Of a DNA stretch of 43,594 nt, positions 38,747 to 43,594 are shown piece after piece (the stretch's first letter is position 1; every line of letters begins with the position of its first letter). The stretch comes from an uncultured cyanobacterium (GTDB lineage Bacteria > Cyanobacteriota > Cyanobacteriia > Leptolyngbyales > Leptolyngbyaceae): assembly GCA_963766075.1 (NCBI GenBank), contig CAVYAN010000022.1, positions 1-43,594 of the forward strand. The letters are read 5' to 3'. The notes below the pieces were generated by a model. That model saw only the letters and a list, made by a program, of their open reading frames with translations. It was not told the origin of the DNA and did not search any database. A program made the translations under genes and the position numbers.

Positions 38747-41670
38747 ATGTTTACCGAAGTCAAGCCACTGCCAAACCCACAAAAAATCTATCATTTGAAT
38801 AGCAATGAGCGCGTATTTCTCAACGATGCCAACTGCATTTGGCGCGTCACCTCTGGTGCCCTCGATGTATTTGCGCTGCACCAAGGCGTGCGCCGCTATC
38901 TATTCAGTGTCAAACCCGGTGACCTACTATTGCCCATGGGTTCTTCAGCTCCAACACCCACCTGCCAGTTATTTGCCCAGGCAGCCCAAGCTACTACTCT
39001 GGAGCCATTTTCCTCCGAGGGTTTTCAGGATTGGCTGCGGCAAGAACCCACAGTTGCGATCGCGGGGTTAGAAGCCTGGGTGACCGCTCTTAGCAGCACC
39101 GCCGCCAATGTCGCCCCCCCGATTCTGCCTACCCCTCTGCTCAACTCTGGAATTCTCGATCGAGGTGAAGTTTTTCAGCCTACCCATGGGCAAATGTCCT
39201 GGATCCGCCTGTGCCAGGGGGAAGCCACCCTTTTGGGCGAGCGAGCCCTAACAATTACACCGGACTGTAGCTGGCTACCCTTGGCAGATTCCCTCTGGCT
39301 GCAAGCCACACACTTGGTTGAATTGGATCGATGTTCCCACACCCATCTGACTCACGCCCACATTCTGCTCCAGGGCGTGATGCACCTGCAACAATTGCTG
39401 GGACAATTACTGGAAACTCAATTGCAGCAGACTCAGCAGGATGAGCTAGAGCGGCTATATCGGCGCGAGCAAATCAATCAGGATGCGCTAAATCAGACAA
39501 ATGCGAGATTCATTACGTTATTCCAATCGCCAAAGCGCCCCAAAACAGCGCACCCTGCCATAGCCCAAGACTTTGATACGGCGCTGATGATGGCCACTGG
39601 CGCAGTCGGGCGTCTCCTGGGTGTGACTATCCAGCCTCCATCGGCATCGGAAGATCGGCGGCGGCTGGGCAACCCACTGGATGCGATCGCTCGGGCTTCC
39701 CAACTGCAAATTCGCCAAATTAGCCTGCGAGATGAGTGGTGGACAAAGGACTGTGGTCCGATGGTGACCTATGCATTGGAAGATGGACGACCAGTGGCCC
39801 TGCTACCACTGGCTGGAGCGGCCTATGAACTCTATGATCCCTGTGGCCAAATGCAGACTAATCAGGCACCAGCTAATCAAACGCGGGTGCGGTGCGATCG
39901 CGCATCTCCAGTCAGCTTTCTCCCACGGCATACACGTTCTACCGCGCTTTACCCACGGTTTTACGTCCCATCGATCTCCTCAAATTCGCCACCCACGGTC
40001 TGACCAAAGAACTGATCACTATCCTGGTGGTCGGTGTGGTGACTACTCTCTTAGGCATGGTGACACCCTTGGCCACGGGCCTGCTGATCGATACCGCCAT
40101 TCCCGCTGCCAATCGCCAGATGGTGTGGCACATGGCCTTGGGATTAATCGCCGTCACCTTTGGATCTACCCTGTTTCAGATGACTCAAAGCTTTGCCATC
40201 ATGCGTGTGGAAACCTATGCTGATTCAGCGACCCAGGCCGCCGTGTGGGATCGGTTACTCAAGCTGAAACCTTCCTTTTTTCGGCAGTATACCAGTGGCG
40301 ATTTGAGTTCTCGGGTTTCGGCGATTAGTCAAATTCGGCAACGTTTGGGCAGTACGGTACTCAAGAGTTTATTCTCAGGGATTTTTTCATTTCTTAACTT
40401 AGGCTTATTGTTCTATTACAGTATCCCTTTAGCGTTGATTGCTGTTGGAGTCGCAGCGATTAATATTACCGTAACGGTGATTGCGGGCCGCCTGACTTTG
40501 CAGAAAACCAAACCGCTGCTGGAGCGGCAGGGCAAGCTGCTGGGCGTGATGATGCAACTGATTAACGGGGTCACTAAATTTCGAGTGGCGGGGGCCGAAT
40601 CCCGCGCCTTTGCCTACTGGGGACAACAGTACAGTCAGCAATTGAGCCTGATGCTGGGCACACAGGGCATTGAAGATAACCTCACCCTAATTAATAGTTT
40701 GCTGTCTACGCTGACTCCGGCGGTGCTGTTTGCGATGGCTACTCATCTGTTGGCCACCTCGACCGGTGAGTTTTCCATGGCCACATTTCTGGCTTTTAAT
40801 GCGGCCTTTGGCACTTTTATTAGTGGGGCTACGAGCCTGAGCACCATTGTGGTGGATATTTTGGAGGTACAGCCCATTTGGCAGCGGGCGCAGCCGATTC
40901 TCAAAGCGGTGCCGGAAGTGGATCTTTCAAAAGCTAATCCAGGCCGACTGACGGGCCGACTGGCGATCGCCCATGCAGTGTTCCGCTATCGTCCCGAGGG
41001 GGCTTTGAATTTGGATGATGTCAGCATTCATGCCGAACCGGGCGAATTTATTGCCTTGGTGGGGCCTTCGGGCAGTGGTAAATCAACATTGCTGCGGTTG
41101 CTGCTGGGCTTTGATGTGCCCGAGTCCGGCGTGGTTTCCTTTGATGGTCAAGATTTGGCCAGTTTGGATGTGAAGGCTGTGCGTCGCCAGTTGGGAGTGG
41201 TGCTGCAAAATAGCCGCCTGATGTCGGCGTCAATTTTTGAAAATATTGCTGGGAGTGCCTTGATTGCAATGGATGAGGCGTGGGAAGCGGCGCGGATGTC
41301 GGGATTGGCGGCAGATATTGAAGCGATGCCCATGGGGATGCACACGGTAGTGAGTGAAGGGGGCACGAATCTTTCCGGTGGCCAACGACAACGCCTGTTG
41401 ATTGCGCGGGCGCTGGCCCTGCGGCCTCGAATCCTGCTGTTTGATGAAGCGACGAGTGCGTTGGATAACCGCACGCAGCAAATTGTTAGTGATAGCCTGG
41501 ATCGCCTCAAGGTGACACGTATTGTGGTGGCTCATCGGCTCAGTACAATTCGCAATGCCGATCGCATTTATGTGTTACAGCAGGGGCGCTTGATGCAGCA
41601 GGGTAACTTTGACCAATTGGCGGCTGCACCGGGTCTGTTTCAACAGCTTGTGGCCCGCCAGAAAGTTTAG
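38747..41670 (+). CDS. NHLM-system second ABC transporter (no peptidase); frameshift near 39905
   Basis: Degenerate cNMP-like N-terminus, WWTKDCGP..GRPVALLP, AYTFYRALP, QAAVWDRLL, GPSGSGKS and LSGGQRQR. Confidence 0.9.
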
Positions 41671-41699
41671 AACGTTTAATGTTAATTTGAAGCCCAAAT

Positions 41700-42000
41700 G
41701 CCCGGGTACCTATGCCCGTGTAAGCATCCGCCTTAGGGGTTTCGAGGATTACAGCCAAGCAAGCTGCCTCGGTCAGTGCAGCGTTCTGCGGCAATCTTTT
41801 ATATATTTCTGCCCAATGAACTTTCCAGGTTGCATCGGACAATGTTCGTTGTCGCTTTGCCGGTCCTCCACCCGCTTTTTCTGGCAGTGTCGCTCGGAGA
41901 CTGAGCGCATCTCCGGATGCTCTACGAGCACGGGTAACTTTGCCGCCTTGAGCCGAGCATTCACCTGCTGCTGTTGTGCCACGGGGGTAAGTTCTCGCCT
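41700..42000 (-). pseudogene. Remnant of a cyanobacterial tyrosine integrase (N-terminal part)
   Basis: With one frameshift it reads VNARLKAAKLPVLVE/ASGDALSLRATLPEKAG..AKRQR then SDATWKVHWAEIYKRLP..AALT. It lies just downstream of the tRNA 3' end; no catalytic domain. Confidence 0.6.
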
Positions 42001-42141
42001 AAATCTCGCCTAGAATCCCGTTACATTACGCTGTTTTATGCTGCTTTTAACAGCGTAGACAAAAAGGTCCGCACGTCGGATTTACTAAAAGGATTCACTG
42101 GAATCCCCCGGAACTCGTTGCTTCTGGGTAGTCAGGGACTA

Positions 42142-42215
<74 letters not shown>

Positions 42216-42408
42216 GAATAGCATGATGATAACAAGACTTGGGAAAAGTTGGACCGATCCCAGCGGGGATTTAACCCATCCCCTTTGCGGATGACCTCAG
42301 GTCTAAAGTGTACCCCGTTGTCTAGACACAAAAAGTTGAAATATAAGATAGTTGCCTGCAAAGTCTGACTATGATTGAGTTTGTGCTAATTCATACCATC
42401 CTCCTGGT

Positions 42409-43240
42409 TTAAGCAAAGTGGATCATTTCCGGGGTGCGATAGCCCAGTGATTGATGTAAGCGCTTCTGGTTGTAGAAGTGGAAGTAGGCGTTGAGTTGGT
42501 TACTGGCATCGACGACGGAGGTATAAGACTTGAGATAAACCTCCTCATACTTGACCGAGCGCCATAAGCGTTCGACAAAGATGTTATCCAAGGCGCGGCC
42601 TCTGCCGTCCTGGCTAATCTGAATACCATCGCGCTCTAACCGTTGGGTAAACACCAGACTGGTGAATTGCGACCCTTGATCGGTGTTAAAGATCGCGGGT
42701 TGTCCGAACTGTAAAGACTGCTCCAGCGCTGCCAAACAGAACCCGACATCCATCGTGTTCGACACCTGCCAGGAGAGCACATAGCGACTAAACCAATCGA
42801 TCACTGCCACCAGATAGATGAACCCTTGGGCTAAACGGATATAGGTGATGTCTGTACTCCAGACTTGGTTCGGGCCGGTAATCGCCAGTTCCCTCAGCAG
42901 ATAGGGATAATGGCGAGCATTATCCGCCGGACGACTGAGATTGGGCTTTGGGTAAATTGCCTCCAACCCCATCTTTCGCATCAACCGAGCCACGCGTTTA
43001 TGATTCACGGGTTCCCCTTGGGTGTGTAACCAAGCCGTCATCCGCCGAATTCCGTAGAACGGCGTTTCAGTAAATTGTTGGTCAATCAACTGCATCAGAT
43101 GTTCGTTATACGGCGTTTCCTGAGCGGCGGTGTAATACCAGCTCGAACGTGGCAAACCGATTAACTCACACTGTCGCTGGATGCTGATTTGGGGATGGTC
43201 TGGCTCAATCTGGAACCGTTTAACGGCTACCGGCCAATCC
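42409..43240 (-). CDS. IS3 transposase OrfB (DDE integrase core)
   Basis: PFYGIRRM, WSTDITYI, NTDQGSQF and DNIFVERLWRSVKYE; the frame is open up to the A-tract. Confidence 0.93.
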
Positions 43241-43510
43241 AGCTTTTTTTTTCACCCAGTCCAACTCTACTTTTAGCTGACCGATTTGTTGATACAGTTG
43301 GGCGGTTAAATCCTCCTGTTGCTTGGGGGCTTGTCCGCGACGAGTTGAAAACGCTTCCGGCAGGACATCGAGCGCTTGTCTCTTCCACAGGGCGATCTGG
43401 CTGGGATGAACACCCAGTTCACTCGCCAGTTCGTTCACTGTTTTCAGTCCTTTGATGGCCTCAATCGCCGTTTTGGTCTTGAATTCTGCGCTGTATTGCT
43501 TGCGTTGCAT
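43220..43510 (-). CDS. IS3 transposase OrfA (HTH)
   Basis: RKQYSAEFK..AIEAIKG..TVNELASELGVHPSQIALWK...LYQQIGQLKVELDW. Confidence 0.92.
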   Translation of the reverse strand: MQRKQYSAEFKTKTAIEAIKGLKTVNELASELGVHPSQIALWKRQALDVLPEAFSTRRGQAPKQQEDLTAQLYQQIGQLKVELDWVKKKAGLAGSR

Positions 43511-43594
43511 CTGAGTTTACTGCTCCGTATTTATGCGAGTTCCTGGTGCAGTCAGACTACCTTATTCCTCTGTGCAGTTTATGGGGGACATTAT

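Larger units (their letters stand above)
42304..43593 (-). mobile_element. IS3 family insertion sequence
   Basis: orfA + orfB with an A9G junction; imperfect terminal IRs (TAAAGTGTACCCCG.. / TAATGTCCCCCA..). Ends approximate. Confidence 0.88.

Noticed and set aside
6025..41535. Numerous antisense and overlapping ORFs in the six-frame track
   Set aside because: They are shadow frames of well-supported genes in GC-rich DNA, with no motifs of their own.
32757..41670. Lanthipeptide or thiazole/oxazole-modified microcin cluster
   Set aside because: No LanM, YcaO, dehydrogenase or radical SAM gene; the cores have zero and one Cys.

Overview
GC-rich cyanobacterial chromosomal segment with abundant HIP1 (GCGATCGC); a filamentous Leptolyngbyaceae/Oscillatoriales-type host is likely but inferred. 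The left third (1-15.6 kb) holds a general-stress/desiccation-type cluster (CsbD, ChaB fusion, Dps, GH13 alpha-amylase, hemerythrin), a decayed P-loop/TPR gene, DUF2237, a molybdo-oxidoreductase/cytochrome b pair, Rubisco activase (rca) and many short palindromic repeats. It also holds two diverged copies of an unannotated module: sigma70 promoter, structured ~185-nt leader ending in a terminator-like hairpin, small ORF, ~21-bp repeat array. The right two-thirds (15.7-41.7 kb) is one apparent cell-surface/signalling locus. It has two filamentous-haemagglutinin-like exoproteins with near-identical C-termini in inverted orientation, a TPR-CHAT protease, interspersed Rpn and toxin-antitoxin cassettes, DUF928, a CHASE2 histidine kinase, a NarL-type regulator and a His-less pseudo-kinase. 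The last four are transcribed divergently from two double-glycine-leader peptides, a tandem cNMP-binding protein and an NHLP/NHLM-type peptidase-ABC/HlyD exporter, with no modifying enzyme in the window. The locus ends at an integrase remnant, a tRNA-Arg(CCT) with an apparently replaced 3' end, and an IS3 element. Many genes carry single-base frameshifts, often in homopolymers, which are probably assembly errors. All family assignments come from motif recognition by eye, not database searches.
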